DNA of 64,000 nt from Podarcis liolepis (lineage: Eukaryota): NCBI GenBank assembly GCA_965112155.1, contig OZ218106.1, one strand, 5' to 3'. Position numbers and translations under genes: made by a program. The notes beneath the pieces are model-generated. The model did no database searches and was not told the origin of the DNA. It was given only the letters and a program-made list of their open reading frames with translations. This document shows, piece by piece, positions 22,101 to 32,548 of this stretch (position 1 is the first letter of the stretch; every line of letters begins with the position of its first letter).

Positions 22101-25100
22101 ATCATTTGACAGCATCAGGTCCAATTCCTGCACCAACTCCAGGCTCGCACAGAGATTTATGCCTACTTATGCCCCTGCTAGCATGAGTGACAGGGGTCTG
22201 GATGCAGTGGTAGCTCGGCAAAACTTCACTGCTGCCTGGGCAGGGTTTGAGCTTCCTTGTCAGGCTGGTTTGAAACCAGCTCTTTGTTGCTCTGATCTAT
22301 AAATAATAACAGTTATTTATAGAATCATGGAACTGCAGAGCTGGAAGCGACCATGAGGGTCTAGTCCAACCCCCTGCTATGCAGGAATCTTTCGCCCAGT
22401 GTGGGGCTCTAACCCACGACCCTGAGATTAAGGGTCTTATGCTCTGTCGGATTGTAGGTGCTGAGACTTCACCGTGTGTCAGTACCAGTGGGAGGTAGGC
22501 GGTACGTTGAATGCACACGGATGCACAGCTGAATGCCGTAATCTGCACAACAGATGGGTATGATCTCTGAATAGATTGTTGTGCTGGCACCGGCACTATA
22601 CAAACCAGTGGTCTCTGTATGGTATCGTACAGGAGCGATTTCTCTATGGCAAAGCTAATCAACGCAGAATGACTCTAACAAAGAAACTGTGTTTTGCACA
22701 CCTATTTCAATTTCACCCGTCTTGTTTGAAGCCACAGCCGTCGAGTCTCCATTAATGACATCCAGAAAGAAGTCAGCAGGGTTGTTGTACGGTTCGCACT
22801 CATAACCTACAAAGAAATAAAAGGCTTGCAGGTCTTTCAATAAGCAGGTGGTGAAAATGTATTGCAAAGTACTTGGGGTCGTGTATTCAAAATCTTCAGA
22901 TTTGTTCCCAGCCCCCAAATTGTCTCCAGATTATCAAACAGCCTGCAGCCGTCCATGCTTTGGTAACTTCAAGACTAGGCCATTGTAATAAATACATCCA
23001 CCCGCTCCCCTGTAGCAAAGCCAAATTGAGCTGACTTTAACAAAACAACAACGGGGAGATATGCTCACATATAGCAGTCCCCACTATGTTCAGTAGAGAG
23101 TCTTCTGAAACCTTACCACTGGATTTGAAAAATTCTATGGCATTCTGAGCTGGTCCATGATAAAGCATCCTTCCTGCTGCCAGTAAGGTCAATTTATCAA
23201 ACAGTCGGAATATGGAGTAGCGAGGTTGGTGGATGGAAAAGATGATTGTTTTCCCTTGCCTGGCCATCCTGAACAGAGAAGGCAGTAAGAAAGGTGTCAA
23301 CCAGCTTAAGGTTTTGTAAAACATGGTGTTACTCATTCAAAATGTGCAAGCTAAAAAACCCCCTGCAATTTATCATAGGTCAAAATTCTCAACATACAGC
23401 TGTGCAAAGTGAAGAGACCACCTCTCTCTGTGCTGCCCCACCGCTTCTCTTCTCCATAGCCCAGTAGCTATGACTACTTGTATAATGGGCACTGAATTGA
23501 TGTTCTAGCTACCTGAGAAGCTGGTTTCACTCCCCGATTTGGCCCAGCAGATAGCTTCTGCCTTTTTTCCAGCTCTGCTCAGTGTTCAAAACTCCCATTG
23601 TTCTAGGCACATTTTGTGACAGGGAATTTCATGAGCACGAGCGGTTTCTGAGCTCTGGGTGCACTACTGCGCCTAAGATTTCAGATTAAAACTGCAGAGT
23701 GGAAGGAAAAGAGGACATTTTCCTGCCTCCCCACTTCCAGCTGCTCTCTGAAGGCTAAGAGACCCCTCTTAAGAATATTAGGGGAGTGGGCAGGGGAAGG
23801 ACTAGACCAGTGTTTCCCAAACTTTTTTGGGCAACGGCACACCTGTTTACTGAAAAAAAATCTCGCGGCACACCACCATTAAAGCCCCGCCCCGTGACGT
23901 CAGCGCGCAGCGTCACGCCGGGAGGGACGCACGAAAGTGAAAGTTTTTCCCCTCCCCCCTCAGTCCCTCGCTCGGAATTCAGCTCGTTTGGGGCATCGCT
24001 CCGGCTGCTCCCTCTCCCGCCGCGCAGGAGCGATGCCTCTCTCTGGCTCTTCCTCCGCGCAGGCTGAGGGAGGGAGGGAGGGGCGCGTGTGACCCGTCTC
24101 TGCTGGGAGACCAAACCCAGCGAGGCAGAGTCGCGCGGAGGCGCCCAGGCAGCGCTGCCGGCTGCGAGGAGGAGCGCCAGGCAGCAGCAGGAGGCGCGGC
24201 CTCTCCTCGCCGCCGCCGCCCCGCCTCTCGCCGACCGACTCGCCCGCCTCCCTCCAGGTATCTCGCGGCACACCAGCCGATGTCTCACGGCACACTCGTG
24301 TGCCGCGGAACACCGGTTGGGAAACACTGGACTAGACCATGTGAAAAATGGACATAATATTTTAGCTGCAGTTCATTCATTTTCAGCTTTGTATTCTTGT
24401 TATTAAAAAAGCATGCCTAGACATTCCGTTGTTGCGCCCATAACCTAGGTTTAAGGTGCCATTTTGCTCCTATCTCAGTTTCTAACACTGGATCTGCTGT
24501 ATGGCAAGCTAAACCTGGGAGTAGGCTGTCAGAAACGGCTTGGGAGTGGGGTTAGGGTTTTTAATATTGTTAGGTTGCTAATACTTCTTGAAGTGTGCCT
24601 GCTTCTGCACTTCCATAATACCTGCTCAACTGCATACCTGTGAAGGAAGAGATTATGAATGCATTGCACACCTCCAGGAAAATGAGACTTGTTAAAGGCT
24701 GGCTACAATTCCCCAATGTCTGGTGAGCCGCAGAAAAAAAAGGGACCTAGTCCATTCTTTCAGCAGCTACACAGTTTGCATTTATTATCACCGTACTTTC
24801 CCCTTTTGTCTTGTTATGAGGCTGGGAGTATTGTAAGTCCCATCAAAGAACTATTCAAAGAAAAAAATCAAGTGCTGTTACTGCACTTCAAGATTGATTC
24901 TCTGAAAAACACTAAACCTATTTAACCTCGTTTATTTACTGTACGGTATATGACTTTCCCCCAAAGTACCTCTGGAAAGCACAGATGGGTTCCCCTAGCT
25001 CAACAAAAACCTGTGAGTTGGGGCAGGCTCACAGGGAGTGACTGACCCAAATTCACCATGTAAGTCTAACCAGTTTGGGTCTCGATTATCTAGGGAGAAT

Positions 25101-28037
25101 GCCTCCTTCCATACAAAACTTCCCGGCACTTAAGATCTTCCGATGATGCCCTGCTCAGGATTCCATCTCACGGGGAAGCTAGGTTTGGCCCTCGTTTTTG
25201 CAATTGTGCCTTCCAAGAGAAGTTCTTGTCACTTTTCTGCAGAAAACTATTTGTCCCATCTGGCCTTTTAAAGCTGAAGTTGACTACCTCATCCTCTGTT
25301 TTCTGGCTGTTTTGCTATATTGTTTTTACTTTTTAGACTGGTTTTAGAGAAGTCTTGGTTTACTGTTGTGCTTTAATATTTTGGACTACTGTATTTTAAT
25401 ATTTTGTTGGAGGCCGCTCAGAGTGGCTGGGGAAACTCAGCCAGATGAGCAGGGTATGTATGTATGTATGTATGTATGTATGTATGTATGTATGTATGTA
25501 TAAATAAATAAATAAATAAATATTACATTTGGAAATCCCTGCAATACATTGTATGAACAGTGGCACATAAATCATTTTAAATAAATTGTGGTGTCTGGTA
25601 TATATTGCAGTGAAATGCAGAATTTAATAGTCAAGTAAGACTGATGGCTGGTTGAAAGACGAAAGCAAGGTTTATTATTTATGGCAAACAAAGCCACATA
25701 TCAGCTCAATCTTACATGTGGCCAACACGGAATCAAGAAGTTAACAATAACTGATTTGGAGAAGCAGGAAAGAAGTAAAGCATGAGAAACAATCTACATA
25801 TCAACAAGCAGTTCGTCAAGAAGGAATCAGGAAGGGAAGAATAGGTTGCCTTTCCGTCTACCTCCCCCCACCCTGGTTCAGGTAACTTATTGCAAGCATT
25901 GTTGTTTCCTAGCATAAATAACATGGCTAAGTAAAACTCTGGACACAGGTGGTCTCTCCATCCCAATTCCAGCCCTATCAACTAAATCCCCGTGGCTCAC
26001 ACAAGAATCGTACTTTGGGCATCACAGTTCGTTGCACCAGTGCTGAAGAAAGCGCTATTATTTCATCCCATGCACGGCCAAAGACACGCAGTACCTTTTC
26101 TAGCAATTACCTTTTCAGGAGTAGCAGGACAGCATTGGCTGTGCTGGCATCGAGCCCAGTGGTTGGCTCATCTAAGAACAAGATTGCAGGATCAGTAATC
26201 AGCTCCATGCCGATATTGGTTCGTTTCCTCTCTCCCCCCGATATGCCACGAATGAACTGGGTTCCAACCTAATGCAAAACAAGAACTTGAGCGATATTAT
26301 GTATGTCGATTGTGCCATATAAATAAACGTTTAAAATAATAAAGATTAATATTTCATTAGAAGAATTTCATTTATAATGATAGAGAAGGGGGAAAGAAAG
26401 TGAGAACGGAAAAAACCCCTTACATTACCATACATTAATATACAAATATGTATATTCTTATTATCCTAACACACATATAATTGTCAATAACCTAATATCT
26501 TCTGTGTAAACCCATTTCAAATATTGTATTCAAAGACAGTCTGTGTCTATAAGCTATCCATATTTTGCAAACATTGCCATGTTGTCAAGCCATTGATTAA
26601 GAGGAATCGTATCTCTATTCTTCCAATCCATCAGTATCAATCTCTTGCCCACCATTAGGGCATATAGAATCCATTTTCACTGTCCTGTTGTCAATTTCAG
26701 TGCAATGGGTATATTGTTCAAAAGAATATTCACCTCTGAAATTCTTAATTTTTTTCTGTAGTGTCTTGTTTGTATAGTTTTTATCCCGGAATTTAGTAAG
26801 TGTGGGACATAGTTTTGGAGAAGCAATGATGATACCTTTGAATCTGCCACTTTTGTCAAGCCCAGCTCCTTGAGGATCTGGTTGATCCTATCCTCCTTTT
26901 CCTGCTCCCTCACAGTCTTCGGTAATCGGAGGGCAGCTGAGAACTGGAAGTTCTCCCTCACGGTCAAGGTCCCCATGACCACATCATCCTGGACAAATCC
27001 AAAGGAAACAGATAGATACGCAACTCAAATCAGGAACTCCAGTTCACATACCAAAGCCACAAATCACGCGCACAGCTCCAGGCAAACCTTCTCTATTCCA
27101 TGCTCTGCAACATTCGCATAAAGCAAACGGGGACTGTGCATCGCACCGGGCAATCCTGGTTTTAACACTGGATTTTGTAAAGGGTAAAATAAATAGAGTC
27201 AGAGAAAATGGGTGGCTTACCTGCACAACATATCCAGAGATACATTTGAAATTGGCAGGTTGAGGGGCTCCATTGATTAGAACGTCTCCACTCAAGCCAT
27301 GGGGATCTTTCCTTGCGGCTAAAATATCCAGTAGTCTAGAAGAAAAAGGCAGAACTACATCACACAGGACTCCCCCCACCCACCCACACAATGTGTGTTT
27401 TTGTTGTTGTTGTTGTTAAAGCACACTGGGAGTCAAACTGGATTTGATCGTGCACAGTTTTAATGGAAATAACTCATCCCAACCCTTTCCAAAAGCAACT
27501 ATGTGGACAAGAGGAAAGCTTCTCTCCAGTGCAAAAGTGTAGCTGGGGAGGATTTTCATCAGGCCCAAGGTATGGAGGGGAAGGAGTTAAATCCTCCCCC
27601 ACCCCCCATGGTTCTGATCTGATTGCGCTTTTCCCTGGTGTGGCTGCCATTTAAGAGTTTTATTTTAAAAAGCACAGATCACCAAATTCATAGAACCATA
27701 GAATTGTAGACTTAGAAGAGACCACGAGGGTCATCTAATTCAGCCCCCTGCAACGCAGGAATCTTTCACCCAACGTGAGGCTTGAACCCACGAACTTGAG
27801 ATTAAGAGCCGATGGTGTTGGCTCCTGAAACCTATCATTCTAGTTGCCAAGAAAAAAAACTAATTTCTATTCATTTAACCAAAATATCTTTTGAATTCCC
27901 AAGCCATGTTACAACTTTTTAGCACCACTCATTTGGGGAAATTGAAAGCTGAAAATTTCAACACACCCTATTAACCGATGGGATGATCTCTCCTCCCTCC
28001 AGTGCTGTTCTGGGCAGCCTCCCAGTCCTCCATAAGA

Positions 28038-28077
<40 letters not shown>

Positions 28078-30073
28078 GAGGTGTACGGAGAAGAAAAGAA
28101 TCCCCATTATTTTAGCCGGAGTCATTCTGCCGGCTTCTGCTAGCAGAACAGAGTAGATGAATCCAGCCCTGTGTGTTGGACATAACTTGCAGTTTGTTCA
28201 CACAGATGTCTTGACTCAGTTTATAGACTGCTCTGCTCCTCTGTCTGCCTCTGTCAAGACCATAATAGCATAATCAGCATCGTTTAGCTAGTCCCACTGA
28301 GAAACGTAACTGAGGACATGCTCACAACATTATACCAGAATTGCAGGAAAGAGGCTGATCCTCCAGCAAAATTATTTTAGACCAGACTATGAACCCCTTC
28401 TGGGCTTCAATATATGAAGCCATGTTTTCTGCCTGGAGGGCTTTCTTTTAGTCAAGGGTAGGAATTGGAGCCAAGTTAACATGTAGCTGCTTTAGCTCAC
28501 TGCCACAAAACTTACGAAGACTTGCCACAGCCGGTTGGCCCCAGGATTGCGTTCAGTCCAGGCCGCATTATACCGCTGCAATACAAAACCAGCACATTTC
28601 TTGTGAGTTGTTTCGCCTTCAGTACATTGCATCTATTGGTCAAACTCAAGCTACAGACTGATTCGAAGCCTGGGTTTGAAAAGGCTGAAAGCCTTAAAAA
28701 GTGCATCCATACAATGGTCTCAAAAATGCCCCTGCGAGTTAACATTACAGCGGCAATCTGGACAAGCTGTCCTTCAAGATAGCATACATACATACTTTAT
28801 AATTATTATTACAGTTGTATTGCACCTTTACTTCAAGGAGCACAATGTGGTATAATTAAGTTCTCTCCCTCCAGCTGTGCCTCCGGTCTTTTCAAGGCTT
28901 CCTCTGTCCTCACTGAAGTACTCTTCGGGCTCCACAAGGACTCTCCAGTGCTCTGCTGCCAATTCCAAGTCTGAATCGATTTATTTATTCCCAGCACTGC
29001 ATACGTATGTGGTCATGCGCGAGTCAATCACACGCATGTTGTGGGGGGGATGCCTAGAGTTAATCCAGCACTGATCGCAGATCCATGGGGCATCCCTGAA
29101 ACTTACAAATCAACCCTATGGGTCCCTAGGGTTAATAGCGACTGCTTTCATAACACATTATTTCAGTTTATCTAAGGGCAAGCTACCAAATATTCCGTAG
29201 GGTGTGGTCCCCTGTTACCTTTCACACAGGGAACAATATAATTCGGTTAATTATTCATAGTCATATTACTGTCTGTTCTCATGTAGCATTGAACTTCACA
29301 GTCAATTACGCACCATTTGCAACCACCGCCGTGTTTGCTTGATCAATTTTTGTTCCCGACACAGGTCAATAAGCGAGCATTGGCAGATTTCCACAGCGGT
29401 GGCTGCCATTTTAGATCCAGCAATTCCCACAGAAAGTTTGCCACGCCATCTTAGGCAGAAGATCTGTTAGCACTGCCATCACGTACCTGCCAAAGGGCCA
29501 CCCTTCCTCCACCTATGCTTTCTAAGGCAAAAATTGTCCACTGAAAGGGCTTTGGATAGTGCAATGAACTCTGAAACCGTTTCAGTCTCCTCTTCCTAAC
29601 TTATATCACCCAAGTTCTCAGTGGATTTCGCAGGGTCTGGTCTTCGCTGACGCTAGGCCAGCAGATAAGGAACTTGGGTGTGGCTGGTTTATCAGAATAT
29701 TTGACACCCATCCTTCATGAACTCAGGCACTGCCCTTGATCTGTAATATGGGGATAATAATACTGGCCTACAAAACAGGGCTGTTGTAAGGATTACTAAG
29801 ATAATGTAGGAGAAACACAGGGGACCCTCTCAAAGTATACACACACATACATATGGAAAGTGAGTGCACATTCAGGCTGAGAAATACGTACTTGATGTCT
29901 CTCAAAATGTCTTTCTCAACTGTTTTTCGGCAACCTATGAAGCCAGACTTTGTCTTCACTCTGTACCAGATGTTGTGAAAAGTGACTGTGCTGGCTTTCA
30001 TCTGCTTCTTGCCTGGGATGCCGTTTGTACTGGTCTCGGACATGGGGATGCCAACTTGTGGGTTCTGAGCCAT
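7375..30073 (-). CDS. ABCG2: ABCG2 (BCRP) half transporter, complete spliced CDS of 15 exons, about 652 aa
   Basis: Walker [11 protein letters not shown]-loop GYVVQDD, signature ISGGERKR, Walker B/D-loop [12 protein letters not shown]-switch SIHQPR, NPADFF motif and TM domain. Exons sum to 1959 nt with the frame intact; adjacent to PPM1K as in human. Confidence 0.95.
7662..8007 (-). mobile_element. Sauria SINE
   Basis: Reverse complement of the family body seen at 37163; ggtaaa tail; tRNA B-box gggattcgaacc. Confidence 0.9.
9099..9199 (-). CDS. ABCG2: ABCG2 exon 15 (extracellular loop 3)
   Basis: [33 protein letters not shown]; acceptor ttcaaag|, donor AT|GTAAGT; 101 nt. Confidence 0.9.
9652..9805 (+). 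mobile_element. tRNA-Lys-derived SINE with a CR1-like 3' tail
   Basis: A box agctcaatcggtag, B box gggttcaagccc, tail ttccaactct...gattctatgattcta shared with CR1. Confidence 0.75.
10082..10121. repeat. (CTAT)n microsatellite
   Basis: About 10 tandem CTAT units. Confidence 0.95.
10247..10336 (-). CDS. ABCG2: ABCG2 exon 14
   Basis: [30 protein letters not shown]; 90 nt; ctgcag| and |GTAAGT. Confidence 0.95.
10610..10823. mobile_element. Tc1/mariner (Tigger-like) MITE, variant subfamily
   Basis: TA-flanked cattggtacctcgg ... cgaggtaccactg. Confidence 0.8.
11422..11576 (-). CDS. ABCG2: ABCG2 exon 13
   Basis: [51 protein letters not shown]; 155 nt; |GTGAGT donor. Confidence 0.95.
12305..12429 (-). 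CDS. ABCG2: ABCG2 exon 12
   Basis: [41 protein letters not shown]; 125 nt; Arg482 equivalent present. Confidence 0.95.
13284..13373 (-). CDS. ABCG2: ABCG2 exon 11
   Basis: [29 protein letters not shown]; 90 nt; ccatag| and |GTAAGT. Confidence 0.95.
13834..14777 (-). mobile_element. CR1 LINE, 5'-truncated, with an open 290-aa reverse-transcriptase C-terminal frame
   Basis: [13 protein letters not shown]...KFADDTKL...[19 protein letters not shown]; attctatg-type tail at 13834. Confidence 0.97.
15107..15329. mobile_element. Tc1/mariner (Tigger-like) MITE
   Basis: TIRs cagtggtacctcgggtta / taacccgaggtagcactg; opposite orientation to the copies at 4322 and 19371. Confidence 0.85.
15958..16040 (-). 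CDS. ABCG2: ABCG2 exon 10 (TM1)
   Basis: [28 protein letters not shown]; 83 nt; tttcag| and |GTGAGG. Confidence 0.95.
16887..17269. mobile_element. Tigger-like MITE interrupted by a hAT MITE
   Basis: Family body matches 15107; 3' terminal repeat resumes after 17246. Confidence 0.75.
17114..17246. mobile_element. hAT (Blackjack-like) MITE
   Basis: TIRs taaggataccaga / tctggtaacctta; perfect 8-bp TSD gtttgtaa. Confidence 0.8.
19065..19202. mobile_element. Palindromic hAT (Charlie-like) MITE
   Basis: Fold-back structure; perfect 8-bp TSD ccctaagg; near-identical copy at 60860. Confidence 0.9.
19371..19596. mobile_element. Tc1/mariner (Tigger-like) MITE
   Basis: TA-flanked TIRs cagtggtacctcaggtta / taacctgaggtaccagtg. 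Confidence 0.85.
19816..19940. mobile_element. hAT MITE
   Basis: TIRs cagggcttttt / aaaatagcactg; TSD cacctaca / cgcctaca; related inverted copy near 12036-12165. Confidence 0.7.
20463..20704 (-). CDS. ABCG2: ABCG2 exon 9
   Basis: [21 protein letters not shown]...[25 protein letters not shown]; 242 nt; ctccaaag| and |GTAATA. Confidence 0.93.
20815..21156 (+). mobile_element. Sauria SINE
   Basis: tRNA head ggttcgaatccc, family body, (accttt)n tail, flanking tatatgac repeat. Confidence 0.9.
21193..21234 (-). CDS. Candidate 42-nt in-frame cassette exon of ABCG2 between exons 8 and 9 ([14 protein letters not shown])
   Basis: Acceptor ctcttcctgtgtccgtttcattcaaacag|, donor ATG|GTATGA, phase 1-1 matching both flanking exons, no stop. 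Confidence 0.5.
21265..21605 (-). mobile_element. Old CR1 LINE fragments
   Basis: Decayed [16 protein letters not shown]...QCKMAAK resembling the young CR1 at 13834; CR1-type 3' UTR. Confidence 0.65.
21653..21777. mobile_element. Palindromic hAT MITE
   Basis: gtggtggccaaactc / gagtttggccaccac inverted ends; ggactacaactcccatcatccct core. Confidence 0.8.
22319..22447 (-). mobile_element. tRNA-Lys-derived SINE with CR1-like tail
   Basis: Reverse complement of the element at 9652; further copies near 27689-27810 and 37666-37782. Confidence 0.7.
22702..22806 (-). CDS. ABCG2: ABCG2 exon 8
   Basis: [34 protein letters not shown]; acceptor ttgtag|; donor AG|GTGTGC (alternative at 22717). Confidence 0.9.
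   Translation of the reverse strand, partial: VMSANRTTTLLTSFWMSLMETRRLWLQTRRVKLK
23117..23268 (-). CDS. ABCG2: ABCG2 exon 7
   Basis: [50 protein letters not shown]; 152 nt. Confidence 0.95.
23808..24329. mobile_element. Young CpG-rich non-autonomous hAT (Charlie-like) element
   Basis: TIRs cagtgtttcccaa / ttgggaaacactg; perfect 8-bp TSD gactagac; repeated subterminal cggcacac motifs. Confidence 0.92.
25454..25521. repeat. (GTAT)n(AAAT)n compound microsatellite at the tail of an L2-like LINE fragment
   Basis: About 12 GTAT units then AAAT units, following ggccgctcagagtggctgggg. Confidence 0.9.
25587..26003 (-). mobile_element. Possible solo LTR
   Basis: TG...CA ends and minus-strand AATAAA near 25670; TSD not convincing. 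Confidence 0.35.
26111..26268 (-). CDS. ABCG2: ABCG2 exon 6 (signature, Walker B)
   Basis: [53 protein letters not shown]; 158 nt. Confidence 0.97.
26330..26780 (-). mobile_element. Decayed L1/Tx1-like LINE 3' end
   Basis: ILLNNIP...[30 protein letters not shown] resembles the ORF2 C-terminus; contains a stop. Confidence 0.55.
26836..26988 (-). CDS. ABCG2: ABCG2 exon 5
   Basis: [51 protein letters not shown]; 153 nt. Confidence 0.96.
27221..27335 (-). CDS. ABCG2: ABCG2 exon 4
   Basis: [38 protein letters not shown]; 115 nt. Confidence 0.96.
28040..28075. repeat. (GT)n microsatellite
   Basis: About 18 GT units. Confidence 0.95.
28516..28575 (-). CDS. ABCG2: ABCG2 exon 3 (Walker A)
   Basis: [20 protein letters not shown]; 60 nt; ttgcag| and |GTAAGT. 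Confidence 0.96.
29892..30073 (-). CDS. ABCG2: ABCG2 exon 2, coding part (exon begins at 30094)
   Basis: [20 protein letters not shown]...[30 protein letters not shown]; aagATGG start 21 nt after acceptor ttcacag|; donor AA|GTACGT. Confidence 0.94.
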
Positions 30074-30169
30074 CTTTCCGGAGGTGCTTTATCCCTGTGA
30101 ACCACAAGATGAACACAGACAATATAAGCAACAAAATTCAGGTGGCTCCAAGGTGCCCCTCATTAACAG

Positions 30170-30870
30170 ACTTTTAAATTCTTTATTCAGGATAATTGTT
30201 TTTCTGCTTCTGTTGTTTTACTGGAAATAACGAATCCTAAAGAGAAGCTATATTTTGCTGCTTGGTAACAGAATACAGTACTAGGAACCACCACTCCTCT
30301 TTCTACTTTTTTAAGGAATATGATTTTTGCTGCTATTCTATGTGGGTTCTTTGACTATATAAAGTGCAATAAGCGCTTTTGCTATTTGTCTAAAATTATT
30401 AAAGAAAACGATAACAGGAATATGTTTTCACTTTTATCTATTTTTATCTGCAAATTTTAGAAAATAAAAGAAGGGGGAAATATTGGTTTTGCTTATAAAT
30501 ATTCCTTGAATAGAGGAATATTTATGGGCAAAAACAGGGTTTAGGGATGCATATTCATTTTAATTACTGATATCCTATCAATCCAGGATATACAGAGAGA
30601 TTTCCAACATTCCAAATATTTCTCAGTTTTTTAATATGTAATAGCTCTTGGTTTATTTTGAGAATTTCTGTTGAATCATTTGTGCCATATCCCTAGACAT
30701 TTTACTGATTTAGTTCCTCTGCCTTTGATATTTGTGTTAGTTTGTGTGTATGTGTGTGCTATCCTAGAGGTTTATCCCATCGATTCTGACTTGCTATAGC
30801 TTTTGTAACCAGAGAGTTTGTCATATTGATGCAGTGAATGCTATTTCTCCAGAGGAATTCCAGGAAAGAA
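30170..30870 (-). mobile_element. Decayed L1-like LINE ORF2 fragment
   Basis: AT-rich, with codon-like lysine-rich bias on the minus strand and broken frames. Confidence 0.4.
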
Positions 30871-32298
30871 ATAACACCGTTTGCAGGGAGGTTATATGGC
30901 AGCGAGCATTCATCCCAATTTGCTTGCACAAAGTTTATATCAGTTTTTGCAAGTCAGTGCATATCCCACACTTCTTAAGTGTACAGTATTTCCCCATCAC
31001 TCTCCTCCTTGCAAAAAGTTCATTTTTAAAACATGGATTTGTTGCATCAGGGCACTTAAATCCATTTTAGTTGCAGAAGCATAGATTTCCAGTATGAACA
31101 CAATCGAATCCCACAAAATAGTGATAATCAGTCCCACTAAGCTCATTGAGAGATGTTAGTCTGCTGCTTTTATTGACTAATGTTTGCTGGATAGTGCCAA
31201 TACTGAGAAAATATGCTGTACCCTAGTATTATTCATTTATTGTAGTGAAGGCACTGAAGCGCTTTATGTAAGATATGAAATATAGACACTGCCTGCAAGT
31301 TTGCTGCCTAAAGGAGACTGAAATTAGGGTGAATGAAATAAATGGGTATGGAAATGGGAGAGGCAGATCAGTGAGAAAATGCCCAGTTATTTCAACACAC
31401 TATGTAGGGCTACTCATGATGCCAAGCAAAACACAGCTATCCAACCAAAACAAAGTTTCGAAATTTGCACTTGTCCAAATTTGCTATGCAGTGCTCCAAC
31501 CAAACATTTTTTAAGGGGGAAATGAGTATTATTAGGAGAAGCTGTGCAAAAAAAGGATGAAATGTGTACATTAGTGAAAACTGCTGTTAAAGGAGAAATT
31601 TGCACTAAAATTTCCATAAGGATTTTTCTGATCGCAAATTGCTGCAAAATGTGGAGAACTGAATTTAATAACGGGACGAAAATACGGAACTAAGAGAACC
31701 GAGACTGACAGCCCCTTCTATCCTTCAGTCATCAGCAGCTGCCCACTTGTTTTTTAGTCCGAATTCAAGGCTTAGTCAATGACATATAAAGCCCTGAAAA
31801 CCTTGGGAAATGATGGTTCCACAGAAAAGACCTTCACTGTCGCCACTATAAGTCAACAGCAGAACCTCAACAGAGGATATCAGAGACCAGAATCAGCATA
31901 TTGGAGAAGGCACTGCTTTGGTTGCCCTGGGACAAAACAGTAAAAGACTGCAGCCTGCATAACTAAGGACCACATACTTCGTTGCATTAATCATAACGCA
32001 AGCATCCAGAAGAATGATGTGCGCATATAGCACATCAGATTTCAATAGCATATAGCACGCCTGCTTTTAAAAATATACAGAAGTAGCAGGCAGGACAGCC
32101 CGTCTCTCAACTATTTTAAATGGCCTATTAAAAACTGCTACACCTGCCCAAACTACAGATACGTTTTGGATGTAATATTAGGGGTGTGAGGAGCAATGCT
32201 AAATGGAGTTTTCTCATGTAATACTAAGAATGCTTTTCAGGCTGAAATCTTGTGCACACTTTCTTGGGAGAAAGCCCCGTTGAAAACAGTGGGACTTA

Positions 32299-32548
32299 CC
32301 GTATTTTTCTCTCCATAAGACGCACCTGACCATAAGACGCACATAGTTTTTGGAGGAGGAAAACAAGAAAAAAAATATTCTGAATCTCAGAAGCCAGAAC
32401 AACAAGAGGGATCGCTGCACAGCGATCCCTCTTGCTGTTCTGGCTTCTGGGATAGCTGTGCAGCCTGCATTCGCTCCATTAGACACACACACATTTCCCC
32501 TTACTTTTTAGGAGGGAAAAAGTGAGTCTTATAGAGCAAAAAATACAG
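32299..32548. mobile_element. Tc1/mariner Tc2-type MITE
   Basis: TA-flanked TIRs ccgtattttt...ataagac; internal 30-bp palindrome. Confidence 0.85.

Noticed and set aside
23755-24406. Four overlapping ORFs of 93-190 aa, possibly a nested gene or transposase
   Set aside because: Essentially confined to the GC-rich hAT element; low-complexity Arg/Ala/Gly content with no transposase motifs.
26940-26960. Possible Q141K-like loss-of-function ABCG2 allele
   Set aside because: The sequence is RENFQFS, so the Gln is retained; the Arg482 and Phe439 equivalents are also conserved.
28525-28545. Cys in Walker A (GPTGCGKS)
   Set aside because: This is a variable position of GxxGxGKS and Cys is common there in ABC ATPases.
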